DNA of 27,974 nucleotides from Bdellovibrionales bacterium (GCA_031426555.1 JANPLN010000017.1:1-27974), one strand, 5' to 3'. Counted from the stretch's first letter, positions 8,826 to 17,823 are shown. Notes: generated from the sequence alone by a model not told the origin. Made by a program: numbers and translations.

Positions 8826-10226
8826 TCATTTTAACAGCGTTCGCAATGACGGATAGGCAAGAGCTCCGATATTTTTCCGGCGGTACATATCCTTCGGCAT
8901 GGAAAACAAATCAAACAGCGTATTGACCACCGATCCACTGGTTAGATAGTGCTCCTCTATAAATTCAGAGGGCAAAACCTCTAAGGGTGTTTCTGTGGCA
9001 AAATCAAAGGGTTTAGCCATAATATTGAGTTTGTCTTTATCCAAAAGCAAGTGAGCCGGAGAGAGCTCTTCCTGTGAGGTCTGGAAGTCGCTAGCCCCAA
9101 TCACTTGGCCTCCACGAATACCTTTTCCTGCAAACAAAAACGAATTGCAAAAAGTGTTGTGGTCCGTGCCACAATCTTCAAAAGAAACGTGATTTTGTCG
9201 CATGGTCCGCCCAAACTCTGTGGCAACCATAACGGTGGATACATCGAGAAGCGATCGGGTTGAATCGTACGCTGTGTTTTTAAAATACTCTAGGGTTTTT
9301 GAAATTTTATCAACGGTATCCTGATAAAGTTTCACGTGTATTTCGTCGGACTGGATTCCGTGCGTATCAAACATAAAGCGATCCGGCTGACCCGTGGCAA
9401 AATCAAAAGAACGTGTAGCTTCGAGCGCCACACGCATCATATTTTTCTGCACCATGCGGCTGTAGAGATCTAAAAAGTTAAGATCCACATCGGGATTTAA
9501 CGACGACATATCCAGTGAGCCTAAGATATTAGCTAGCGCCTGTCCTTGCACGCTCTGGTTAAAAAGCTGAGTGCTCCCTTGGCTCCAGTGGCCAGCAGGA
9601 TCTAAAAGTCCGCCCGCTTTCATGCGCGAGAGAGCGAAATCCCAAGCTTCTTGTTTTTTTGCAAGCAACGGTTGTTTTTGAGTCCGCAAAATCAACTCCG
9701 TCGCATCGCCACCCTCCAGCTCGATGATGGACGTATGCTGGGGATCGATAGAAAGAGAGCCACCGTTCTTTTTAAGTCCGTCCAGGGGGCGGGGTTTGGC
9801 GGAGAGACTCTTTGTATTTATTAATGGCAAAAAAGATTCGCCACCAAGAGGATTTCCTGAGAATATTAAATCGATCATGTTGTTATGACCAGCAAAGGTC
9901 TTGTCCATAAACACGCCGTTGACGATAGAAAGATCATTTTTAAATGGCAGGAGGGGAGACGTGAGTGATGAGGCCCACGTTGATGTGCCGTTAGCACCCC
10001 GCCACAGCTGCGGTTCTTTACCTGTGCGATTGGCAAGCAGCTTATTTTGCGTCATTTCCAAAGGGCGCCCGTCAAAAAGATAGGAAAAATCAGCTCCGCC
10101 TTCTAAAAATAGCATAAAAAGAAAATGATCTTCAGAAGGGTTGGCAATACTTAAACGCATCGGCAATGAGGCCATACCGATACCGCCCAGCCCGTACTTC
10201 AATAAATCTCTGCGATTCAATTTCAT
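8826..10226 (-). CDS. Tat-exported DUF1501-family protein
   Basis: Start reassigned to ATG 10226 (AAGGA SD), which gives the twin-arginine leader MKLNRRDLLKYGLGG. Motifs FLEGGAD, FDTH, TEFGRT, GTDH and GKGIRGGQVIGASD. Confidence 0.85.
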   Translation of the reverse strand: MKLNRRDLLKYGLGGIGMASLPMRLSIANPSEDHFLFMLFLEGGADFSYLFDGRPLEMTQNKLLANRTGKEPQLWRGANGTSTWASSLTSPLLPFKNDLSIVNGVFMDKTFAGHNNMIDLIFSGNPLGGESFLPLINTKSLSAKPRPLDGLKKNGGSLSIDPQHTSIIELEGGDATELILRTQKQPLLAKKQEAWDFALSRMKAGGLLDPAGHWSQGSTQLFNQSVQGQALANILGSLDMSSLNPDVDLNFLDLYSRMVQKNMMRVALEATRSFDFATGQPDRFMFDTHGIQSDEIHVKLYQDTVDKISKTLEYFKNTAYDSTRSLLDVSTVMVATEFGRTMRQNHVSFEDCGTDHNTFCNSFLFAGKGIRGGQVIGASDFQTSQEELSPAHLLLDKDKLNIMAKPFDFATETPLEVLPSEFIEEHYLTSGSVVNTLFDLFSMPKDMYRRKNIGALAYPSLRTLLK

Positions 10227-10234
10227 AAACGTCC

Positions 10235-10816
10235 TTACTTTTTTAAAAGATAATGTGGGTTCATCATCAGCGTGAAAGTCATTTCGTAAATCACTTCGCT
10301 GGCTGTTTTTTTGAGTGTATCGGGGTGTTGAAAGTGCGAGAGCCAAGCTTGTTTTTCCTCGAAGGAATAATCAAAAAGTGTGATTTGATGAAAAAACTCA
10401 ATAAGTACATTTTCGTCGATCGCGGACAGCGCAGGCCACGCGCAGAGTTTTGTAAGTGATGGTTGTAGGTCTTTCTGCAATTGAAGTCTCGCGGAGGTTG
10501 TCGAGCAGGAATCGCTAAGGAGTTGCGAAATATTGTCGATCAACACTCCCAGCAAAATCATATTGTAGCTGTTGGGGTCGCCGTTCTTAATTTCGAAGGA
10601 GGCAGCATCGTAGTGTCCGATTTGATTTATAAAACTATAGGGAGGGTAGGTAAAAAAGTATAAATCTAGGAACGTCCATTGCTTTGCTGGAGTCGTCGCA
10701 ACAAATACCCGCGAAAAAATCTTATCTGAGAGAGCACTAGACCCAATCAGTTTTGCTGGCGCGGCTTGCGCAGTAACGCTCATCCAAAGTACAAGGTTTA
10801 AAAACAGAAATCGCAT
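10235..10816 (-). CDS. Hypothetical secreted protein, middle gene of the DUF1501 operon
   Basis: AAGGAG SD and a signal peptide ending AQA. Gaps to its neighbours are 8-9 bp. The C-terminus TLMMNPHYLLKK resembles the ends of DUF1501 partner proteins. Confidence 0.75.
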   Translation of the reverse strand: MRFLFLNLVLWMSVTAQAAPAKLIGSSALSDKIFSRVFVATTPAKQWTFLDLYFFTYPPYSFINQIGHYDAASFEIKNGDPNSYNMILLGVLIDNISQLLSDSCSTTSARLQLQKDLQPSLTKLCAWPALSAIDENVLIEFFHQITLFDYSFEEKQAWLSHFQHPDTLKKTASEVIYEMTFTLMMNPHYLLKK

Positions 10817-10825
10817 GGGAACTCC

Positions 10826-12799
10826 TTATTTTTCACTTAACCATTGAAATAACATCTGTCGATAGACCGGATTCATATCTCCCGGGGGCATGCGTTCAAA
10901 TTCGTCGCTGCTGGTGATTCTTTCAAGCATGGTTTTAAATGTTTCGCTGGAAGGCCGTTGCAATCCTGTGGCTTTGTCGATGTGCGGAAAGCCCATGGTG
11001 CCATCACTCGTTGCAATCCATGTAGAAAGATCCAGCGACGTCTTTCCGGTGGCTGATTTATGGCATTTTACGCAATTGGTTTCAAGAATATGGGCAATCT
11101 GGCAAGGAGGACGAGAGGCTGTGCCGGTGCCAGTTTTCGCATCGTAACATTCGCTCGAGATGGCATTGTTTTTGGTGAACGTTTTACTTAAGGCCACGCG
11201 TTTGAATAAATTCTTCATCGCTTTTTGTGGAGATGCTGTCTCTTCCTGACTAAAGATTTGTGCCATCTCATCAATGTAACCAGGATCAAATATTTGCTCA
11301 GGGGTCGTCGAATATTCGAAGACTCGTTTGACCATGCAGCGTTTGACGTCGGGTGAAGTTTGCAAAATTTTGTGCAAGTCGCCTAGCGTTTCGCCATACT
11401 GATTTAGATGCTCGTACTGTGTAGACTGGATGTAGCCGATGTTCCAGCTTTTTCCGTCGGGTTTTAGCCACTGTTTTTGATATTCAGTTGTGTCTGTTTT
11501 TGCAAAATCGTCAAAAGTAATAGTTGTTGATTTTGAGTAATCGGTAAAACTATCGCCGTAGGTTTTAAAAAATCCAGCCATAGGATCGAGTTTGTAATGA
11601 CATGCATAGCACGAGGGGTTTGACCCGTGGGCTCCCTGTGCGTGGTCGCCACTGACTTTTACGTTAATGGGAGTAAGATCATCGCAAAAATAATGTTTCA
11701 GAATATAAGCACCTCGTCGGCGATTCATATTGGTCGACGAATTGAGCAAACGAAAGGCGATTTGTGGATTTTGATAAATTAATTTCTTTCCGAATTTAGC
11801 AGTATCCAAAAATTTAACATCCGTGATCTTATTCACTTTATAAATGTCTACTTCAAAATCCGCAATAAGAGTTGGAGCTATATCTAAATAAGCAATGAGG
11901 CGAGTGATCTTGTCTTTCGCGTCGGTTAGATTAACGATTTTATATTCTCCCGTTTGTGTTTCTTGTGAGTACTCGTAGAAACAAAACGAGTAACTGCTTG
12001 GCGAAGACGGGTACTTTTCGACAAGACTTTCTTCGAGCCCCGAAGAAATCCCTAATGTGTAGAATGAATAGCTGTTTGTGTAGCTGAAGCTTTCAAAGCC
12101 CGAAAGGAAGGAGCACGTTTTGTGACTTGCCAACATTAGCTCGTCGTCGGTAAGTTGCGAAAGGTTACGCAGCTTTTTAGCTGCTTCACTAAAAAAATAG
12201 CTGCGTTTCTTTTGCGAAGTGTCGATCTCTTTTGTAGGCTCGGGAATTTCGAAGGTTTTAAAAACGTCGTTGACGACAGATCGAAGCGGCGCCACGTACT
12301 TGGGATGGGCTTCGGCTAAAAAATTGAAAAAGCTTTGGTCCTTCTCGACGGAAGCGGCTGCGGTGAGGGCATTTGGAAATTCAAAGATCCGCGGACTTAA
12401 GCTTTGGTCAGCCATATAAAATGGGTCTATGCGGAAGCCACTGAAGTACAGGGAAAAATCAGCCACCGTGTTGTAAAATAAATCGGAGCTTAAAAAAAGA
12501 TCAACCACTTGCTCCTTCGACATGCTTTTAAGTTCGGCGATCTTATCTTTCTGCAAGGAGAGCTCCGTCTTTCCGCGCAAAAGAAGTGAAGCTTTCGCCA
12601 CCCACTGAAGATGCTCGATCTCTTCAGGGGAATATCGATGAGTGGTGTCCTGGGTGAGCAGGCGATTTACATTGGCTTTTGCTATTAAATCCCACGGGTC
12701 GGATGGTGGCGGACTGGAAGATGGCACGGGTTGCTGCGTGCTCAAAGAACAGGATGTAAAAATAAAAAAGAGTACTAACCAAACAAATATTAATTTCAC
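10826..12799 (-). CDS. Probable lipoprotein with two c-type heme motifs (DUF1588/DUF1585-like region plus a C-terminal planctomycete-type cytochrome c domain)
   Basis: CYACH within CxxCHxxxDPxxGF, and CVKCH with a distal RMPP ligand motif. Hydrophobic leader with lipobox-like FTSC. GTG 12799 is preferred (ATG 12811 possible) over ATG 12871 of the ORF track. Confidence 0.75.
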   Translation of the reverse strand: MKLIFVWLVLFFIFTSCSLSTQQPVPSSSPPPSDPWDLIAKANVNRLLTQDTTHRYSPEEIEHLQWVAKASLLLRGKTELSLQKDKIAELKSMSKEQVVDLFLSSDLFYNTVADFSLYFSGFRIDPFYMADQSLSPRIFEFPNALTAAASVEKDQSFFNFLAEAHPKYVAPLRSVVNDVFKTFEIPEPTKEIDTSQKKRSYFFSEAAKKLRNLSQLTDDELMLASHKTCSFLSGFESFSYTNSYSFYTLGISSGLEESLVEKYPSSPSSYSFCFYEYSQETQTGEYKIVNLTDAKDKITRLIAYLDIAPTLIADFEVDIYKVNKITDVKFLDTAKFGKKLIYQNPQIAFRLLNSSTNMNRRRGAYILKHYFCDDLTPINVKVSGDHAQGAHGSNPSCYACHYKLDPMAGFFKTYGDSFTDYSKSTTITFDDFAKTDTTEYQKQWLKPDGKSWNIGYIQSTQYEHLNQYGETLGDLHKILQTSPDVKRCMVKRVFEYSTTPEQIFDPGYIDEMAQIFSQEETASPQKAMKNLFKRVALSKTFTKNNAISSECYDAKTGTGTASRPPCQIAHILETNCVKCHKSATGKTSLDLSTWIATSDGTMGFPHIDKATGLQRPSSETFKTMLERITSSDEFERMPPGDMNPVYRQMLFQWLSEK

Positions 12800-12875
12800 A
12801 ATGCCGCCCATCGAAGATGTAAGAATAGTCTTGGGTGGATCGACGAGGTTGTCAAAGACACGAAGTGGCATCTTA

Positions 12876-12905
12876 ATTTTAGACGAACGTCCTAACGCAG
12901 CTCAA
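12876..12905 (-). promoter_or_regulatory. Candidate sigma70 promoter for the cytochrome/DUF1501 operon
   Basis: Minus strand reads TTGAGC (12905-12900), 18 nt, then TAAAAT (12881-12876). Confidence 0.45.
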
Positions 12906-12929
12906 CGTGAGTCGATGGATGGCTCCTCG

Positions 12930-12935
12930 TAGACT
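12930..12935 (+). promoter_or_regulatory. -10 element 6 nt before a start codon (leaderless-type)
   Basis: TAGACT-AACAAA-GTG(12942); no SD. Confidence 0.5.
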
Positions 12936-12941
12936 AACAAA

Positions 12942-13217
12942 GTGAAAATAAATGGTTTGGTTGTGTTGTTGGGAATCACCTGCGGTTTGGTTTGCCTTTC
13001 TGGATGCTCTTCGTCTTCTGCGGGAGGAGATAAACATCCTCGCGAAGGGGTGCGCTACACCATCGTTTGCAAATACTTTATGCAGCAATGTTACTTTCGC
13101 GCCAACGATCGCTGCGAAGGGCGCGGATACAAACTTTTAAACAGCAACGAAACCATGCGAACCGGTGGACCCCAAGGGCGCTACCGCGAGTTTTCGTTAG
13201 TGATTGAATGTGATTGA
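12942..13217 (+). CDS. Small Cys-containing lipoprotein
   Basis: Lipobox LSGC followed by a Ser/Gly linker, then four more Cys (IVC, QQC, DRC, IEC). Confidence 0.75.
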   Translation: MKINGLVVLLGITCGLVCLSGCSSSSAGGDKHPREGVRYTIVCKYFMQQCYFRANDRCEGRGYKLLNSNETMRTGGPQGRYREFSLVIECD

Positions 13218-13235
13218 TACGAAAGAAGGCTGACA

Positions 13236-14261
13236 ATGCGAATTGGTTTATTAACGGGTGGGGGCGATGCTCCTGGTCTCAACGGAATTATCGAAGCCAC
13301 GAGCCGAGCGTTGCTTAAAAATAACTGCGAGGTGGTGGGGATTTGCGACGGATTTGAAGGGGTGTTTGGCAAAAACACGATTCAGATCAACACAAAAAAT
13401 ATATTGGGCATTCACTCCCAGGCGGGTACGTTTATAGGCACCTCCAACCGCTCGGGCATTCAAGGTCGCGAGAAAGAGTTTTTAAAAAAATACAAAGAGC
13501 TTAAACTCGACGGTTTGATCGTTGCAGGTGGAGATGGCACGTTTCGCTGTTTAGAGCCGGTGAAGGATCAGGTAAAAATCATCGGTGTTCCAAAAACCAT
13601 CGACAACGATCTTTCGGGCACCGAGGCGACCTTTGGTTATGACACCGCCTGTTCCGTGGTGTGTGATGCTGTGGATTCATTACGAGCCACAGCGCTGGCT
13701 CACCGACGTGTAATTGTTGTTGAAGCCATGGGGCGAACCGCCGGCTGGCTTGCCATCGGCGGGGGGATCGCCTCCTACGCCGATGCGATTTTTATTCCCG
13801 AAATTCCTTTTCACAGCAAAAAGTTTACGGCCTATTTAAAACAACGACAAAAAGAAGTGCGCGGCATGGTCATTGTGGCCTCTGAAGGCGTCCTCATTGA
13901 TCCTACTCCTGTGAAGCGCAAAAAAGATAAAAGCGGAGCTTCGGACGTTGTGCAAGATTATGGTATCGGTCATAAGCTCAGCCGCTGGATCGAAAAAACA
14001 GTGAAATGGGAATCGCGCTGTGTGGTGCTTGGACATTTACAGCGCAGTCGCATGCCCACACCCACCGATCGCTTTTTAACCACGTCCATGGGTTTGAAGG
14101 CCGCGGAGCTCGCGATGAAGCGTGGCTGGGGCTCGGCGGTGGTGTATCGTGAGGGACGTGTGACCAGTGCGCCTTTGCAAGTAGTGATGGGGCCACCGCG
14201 TTTGGTGGACAAAGATCACCGCTGGGTCAATATGGCCCGGGGCTTGGGTATATTTATCTAG
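13236..14261 (+). CDS. pfkA: 6-phosphofructokinase (PfkA family, probably ATP-dependent)
   Basis: Motifs GLLTGGGDAPGLN, GGDGT, GVPKTIDND, VEAMGRTAGW and VLGHLQR. Confidence 0.95.
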   Translation: MRIGLLTGGGDAPGLNGIIEATSRALLKNNCEVVGICDGFEGVFGKNTIQINTKNILGIHSQAGTFIGTSNRSGIQGREKEFLKKYKELKLDGLIVAGGDGTFRCLEPVKDQVKIIGVPKTIDNDLSGTEATFGYDTACSVVCDAVDSLRATALAHRRVIVVEAMGRTAGWLAIGGGIASYADAIFIPEIPFHSKKFTAYLKQRQKEVRGMVIVASEGVLIDPTPVKRKKDKSGASDVVQDYGIGHKLSRWIEKTVKWESRCVVLGHLQRSRMPTPTDRFLTTSMGLKAAELAMKRGWGSAVVYREGRVTSAPLQVVMGPPRLVDKDHRWVNMARGLGIFI

Positions 14262-14336
14262 GGCTCTGTCCGATGATCAATTGGTAACGTGTAATAAACT
14301 AGATGCGAATTCGCTTGCGCGAGATGAGGAGAAAAA

Positions 14337-15062
14337 ATGAAAAAGGTATTGGGTTTAATGTTGCTTCTTTCGGGCTGTTCCAGTGTGACAGAGGAGAGCT
14401 TGTACAGCGCCATGAAAAAAAATCCACAAAAGTTTATGCAGGCCTTGCGCGAAACTGCAGAGGCTGCGCAAAAATCTGAAATGCAATCTATGGTTGGCGA
14501 GCGCGAGGCGCAGATGGAAAAAGATCTTAAAAATCCTCGTCCGGTGATCGTGGATAAGGCGCGTTTGATTTTTGGCAACGCCAATGCGCCCGTGACCATC
14601 GTGAAGTACGCAGACTTTCAATGCCCTGCGTGCCGTATGGGTTATATGACTCTCGAAGAGATTAAAAAGAAATACGCGGATAAAATCAAAGTGATTCATA
14701 AAAATATTCCTCTGCCCATGCATCCGCAGGCGCCTCTGACTGCTGAGATCTTCGAAGCGATGCTCATCGTCGATAAAAATTTAGCAAAAAAGTTTTACAA
14801 CAAGGCCTACGAAACTTTGGGCCAATGGGGCAGCGACGACAAAGTGTGGAAGATGGCTCAGGGCCTAGGAATTAAAAAATCCGTTGTGGAAAAAGAGATC
14901 GCCAAAGGCGTTGTGGCAAAACGTCTGAAGGAAGACATGGACGAGCATCAACGTTTGGGCTTTCAAGGCACACCGATGTACATGGTAAACGGTGTGGCCA
15001 TGGAAGGCGCGCCCAACTTTCAGCAGATGGCGAATGTGATTGAAAAAGTTTTAAAAAAGTAA
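14337..15062 (+). CDS. DsbA/thioredoxin-fold lipoprotein
   Basis: GAGGAG SD, lipobox LSGC, YADFQCPAC active site and cis-Pro motif GFQGTP. Confidence 0.9.
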   Translation: MKKVLGLMLLLSGCSSVTEESLYSAMKKNPQKFMQALRETAEAAQKSEMQSMVGEREAQMEKDLKNPRPVIVDKARLIFGNANAPVTIVKYADFQCPACRMGYMTLEEIKKKYADKIKVIHKNIPLPMHPQAPLTAEIFEAMLIVDKNLAKKFYNKAYETLGQWGSDDKVWKMAQGLGIKKSVVEKEIAKGVVAKRLKEDMDEHQRLGFQGTPMYMVNGVAMEGAPNFQQMANVIEKVLKK

Positions 15063-15067
15063 TGCTA

Positions 15068-15095
15068 GGCCCAGGTTCTGGGCCGTGTGTTTTTT
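15068..15095 (+). terminator. Rho-independent terminator after the DsbA gene
   Basis: GGCCCAG-GTT-CTGGGCC hairpin (15068-15084) followed by GTGTGTTTTTT. Confidence 0.6.
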
Positions 15096-15101
15096 GGAAT
15101 C

Positions 15102-15968
15102 CTATTGGTGCGGCACGATGATGATTTCGTTTGCCGGGAGCGCTGCTTTTAAAAGCTTTTCCATTCCCGGAGCATGACGGAAGCCAATGGAAAGTTTTAC
15201 CGGCAGTGTGGATGGTGAGCTGCAAACAACTTCGAGCACACTGTCTGTCATGTATTTGTTGCGATCGCCGATAGAGTAGGTGATCAGCTGCTCATCGTTT
15301 TTGAAAGGATCTCCCTTTACAGCAAACGCGACGAGGTCCGGTTTGAACAAAACATACCCCTGTTTTTCCATATCTTGAGTCATCGATTGGATCGCGCTGA
15401 GCAAAAAAGCGCGGAAAGAATCAGGAGCTTGATCGAAGGAACTGAAGAGGACGTTGGCGAATTTTTCTGAATCCAATTTTAAAAACTCACCATACACTTT
15501 GGCGAACTCGGGGGAGCGTAAGAGAGCTTCCTTAACGTCATTCATTTCCATGGAAAGGGTCAAGAGATCCATGTAGACGGGATCGCGCATGACGCCGTCG
15601 AAGGCGTTAAGTATGTACATAGCCGAGGCAATGGAAATAAATTTAAGTTCATTGCTGTCCATCCCATGGATGTTTGGCGCTGCGGCCGTCGCAATGGGGT
15701 AACCCACTTCGACAAACTGTTGAATGTACATGTTTTTTTCTTCAGCATTGGAGTTTGCCGAGCGCGGAAGGGCCTCGAAGAATACTCTGGACTCTCCATT
15801 CGCGGCTTGTGACAGAAGCTGGATCCACACTGTTTCCGCAGCCTCCGTCCCGTGCTCTTCAGAAAAAAGCTCGATTTTAACAGGAGGGGCCTTTGAGCAA
15901 TCCGGGGTTGCAAAGACGTTAGTAGAAAATAGCAGCGAGAGGATCAGTAAAAAATGGATTGTTTTCAT
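15102..15968 (-). CDS. Secreted protein, possible TraB/TIKI/EreA/ChaN superfamily member
   Basis: Signal peptide ending VFA; ordered motifs FSEEH, VFFEA, DRNKYM and IGFRH. Confidence 0.6.
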   Translation of the reverse strand: MKTIHFLLILSLLFSTNVFATPDCSKAPPVKIELFSEEHGTEAAETVWIQLLSQAANGESRVFFEALPRSANSNAEEKNMYIQQFVEVGYPIATAAAPNIHGMDSNELKFISIASAMYILNAFDGVMRDPVYMDLLTLSMEMNDVKEALLRSPEFAKVYGEFLKLDSEKFANVLFSSFDQAPDSFRAFLLSAIQSMTQDMEKQGYVLFKPDLVAFAVKGDPFKNDEQLITYSIGDRNKYMTDSVLEVVCSSPSTLPVKLSIGFRHAPGMEKLLKAALPANEIIIVPHQ

Positions 15969-15974
15969 GGCCGC

Positions 15975-15980
15975 AACCTA
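15975..15980 (-). promoter_or_regulatory. -10 element 6 nt before ATG (leaderless-type)
   Basis: Minus strand reads TAGGTT-GCGGCC-ATG(15968); no SD. Confidence 0.45.
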
Positions 15981-16118
15981 ACTCGACCCTGGCGGAATGA
16001 ATAGACCGATTGAAATATTAACAGAACTGTCCATAACATCGTCGCCTACGGGTTGAACTCGAGATTCGAACCGGAGATCTTACTGTCACGCGAGTTGCAA
16101 TGATCGGTAAGGACTGGT

Positions 16119-16562
16119 CTAAAATGTGGACTGACAGTTGGAAAGCAGAAGGTCGTTTTTAGCAAAGCGACCGCAGAGAAAGTAGCCGTTACCGTCACCG
16201 GCAATATTGATTTCCAGGTAGCCACCAGCGTCTGCGATGTCGAGGCCCGAAATTTTACGAGCGTATTTGGCCGTCATTTTATCGTAGGCTTTTGTTGAAT
16301 TGTCGAGATTGTGATTGATGGCGGCTTCGCAATTTACAGCCTTCATCTTAAGGCCGCAGTAGATGCCTGTGGTGTAGAGCGGGAGCCAGTCGGTTCCGTA
16401 GCTGATGCTCACGTCGCCGCTATCCGCATCTACTTTCAAAGTGGATGTGTCGCCGCCGACAGTTTTGGAATCGCATACAAAGCCCCTCGCCGTTTGTGAT
16501 GCGGCGTTTTGGGCTGTCGCCAGATTTAAACTCAATAAGGCCATTAATAGGATCGGGATCAT
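16119..16562 (-). CDS. Hypothetical secreted Cys-containing protein
   Basis: Signal peptide ending ATA; 5 Cys; 4-bp overlap with the upstream gene. Confidence 0.72.
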   Translation of the reverse strand: MIPILLMALLSLNLATAQNAASQTARGFVCDSKTVGGDTSTLKVDADSGDVSISYGTDWLPLYTTGIYCGLKMKAVNCEAAINHNLDNSTKAYDKMTAKYARKISGLDIADAGGYLEINIAGDGNGYFLCGRFAKNDLLLSNCQSTF

Positions 16563-17005
16563 TTTTTTAACTCGAGCAGCAGTTTCCGAGCATCCTCAAT
16601 CTTGCCGAGATGATACAGCTGGATGACTGCTTCCATCTCTCGTGTTAACTGATCGCTATTATCCAGTAAGCATTTTTCAAGATTGGGGACCAGTTCTTTT
16701 TTGATCTTCTCTTTCAAAGCAGTATCTACTGTCTTGCCGGCTGTCATTTCGGCAAACTTTTGCATAAAAGCCGCATTGCACTTTTTATCGCGGGCCACCT
16801 TAATCGCTGCGCAGGAATCCACAATCTCGCCCCCAAGCCCCCACAGACTTTTGTAGGCCGAGTTATCTTTGCGAACGAAGTTGAGCCGTATCTTATTGCA
16901 AAAGGTTTTAGCGCGATCTTCCGGATGTGGAGTGAATTTTTCTTGTTTGGCGTTTAAAGAAAACGACACACCCATAACGAATATAAAGGCTACGGCTCTA
17001 GGCAT
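16559..17005 (-). CDS. Hypothetical secreted helical protein
   Basis: GGGAG SD, signal peptide ending LNA, 4 Cys. Confidence 0.72.
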   Translation of the reverse strand: MPRAVAFIFVMGVSFSLNAKQEKFTPHPEDRAKTFCNKIRLNFVRKDNSAYKSLWGLGGEIVDSCAAIKVARDKKCNAAFMQKFAEMTAGKTVDTALKEKIKKELVPNLEKCLLDNSDQLTREMEAVIQLYHLGKIEDARKLLLELKK

Positions 17006-17027
17006 GCGAAATCTCCCAGTGTTTTAT

Positions 17028-17279
17028 TTAATGAAGTTGATTGAGTTGATCAAGCGTCCAGCTGCGGGTGGATTCGATATCCATAATTGGATGAAACTGA
17101 ATGCGGTCGATCATGGCACTGAACTTTTTGCGCTGGTCAGGTGTGATGGAGGCGGCTGTGGTTTCTTGAAAACGATAGATATACAGCACGAGTTTGCGTT
17201 TAAAATCCCCATAGTCTTTAACGAGAATGGATTGGATTGCGACTTTAAGATCATCGAGATTTTGTATACGTTCTACCAT
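17028..17279 (-). CDS. Small cytoplasmic hypothetical protein (83 aa)
   Basis: Fills the gap in a run of minus-strand genes and is directly preceded by a near-consensus promoter. Confidence 0.65.
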   Translation of the reverse strand: MVERIQNLDDLKVAIQSILVKDYGDFKRKLVLYIYRFQETTAASITPDQRKKFSAMIDRIQFHPIMDIESTRSWTLDQLNQLH

Positions 17280-17285
17280 GTAGGG

Positions 17286-17314
17286 AGAATAGGAGATCTC
17301 GCCAGCTCTGTCAA
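17286..17314 (-). promoter_or_regulatory. Sigma70 promoter whose predicted +1 is the ATG at 17279
   Basis: TTGACA (17314-17309), 17 nt, TATTCT (17291-17286), CCCTAC, ATG. Confidence 0.7.
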
Positions 17315-17366
17315 AAAGAAGCTGGCGTTATTTAACGGGAATTACAATGTGTTAATCCTAGGGGGA

Positions 17367-17717
17367 TTACAACGTACTAATAAGATCGTTATGGAGACTG
17401 TTTTCTTCATCATCTTTAATATTAACTACGTGTCTTTTGATTTTTTTGCCGTTTTTTTGATCAACGACTTTGATGTACTGGCACTCAGATACACTCACAA
17501 CACCGTCTGCTTTGGCAGAGCACTGTGAATAGATTGAGTTTCTAGCCGCTTGGTCTGATTTAAAAGACTTCGCGCTGGAAAAGCGTCCTAAAGCGCGTTC
17601 CCCATCAACAGTGCTTTCTGTGCAACTGCAGCGGGCGATCATGCCCATCACTTCACTGGTTTTTGCGTGGACTGTGCTAGTGATAGCAACCAGGCCAATA
17701 AATATTAAAATTTTCAT
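17367..17717 (-). CDS. Hypothetical secreted protein
   Basis: Start reassigned to ATG 17717 (GGAGG SD; MKILIFIGLVAITSTVHA signal peptide); 4 Cys. Confidence 0.75.
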   Translation of the reverse strand: MKILIFIGLVAITSTVHAKTSEVMGMIARCSCTESTVDGERALGRFSSAKSFKSDQAARNSIYSQCSAKADGVVSVSECQYIKVVDQKNGKKIKRHVVNIKDDEENSLHNDLISTL

Positions 17718-17823
17718 ACGTCCTCCAAGGTTCCAAAACAATATGCAAAGGAGGGCGCAAGGCGAGAAGGAATATATGAGAGTTGAGAAGGGTAATGAGC
17801 GCAAAAACGTCACTGAAATGAGA

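Noticed and set aside
10227..10346. 40-aa N-terminal extension of the DUF1501 ORF
   Set aside because: It overlaps the upstream gene; ATG 10226 has an SD and places the twin-arginine signal at the N-terminus.
12800..12871. ATG 12871 as the start of the cytochrome lipoprotein
   Set aside because: It lies only 4 nt after a likely -10 box and would bury the signal peptide; a downstream start fits better.
16045..16118. GGTTCGAATC (tRNA T-loop-like) on the minus strand near 16063-16072
   Set aside because: The T-stem is mismatched, and no acceptor stem, D-arm, anticodon arm or CCA can be built. It is not a tRNA and gives no support for an att site.
16869..17528. 219-aa plus-strand ORF
   Set aside because: It overlaps three minus-strand genes that have signal peptides, SDs or a promoter; it has no convincing start signal or domain.
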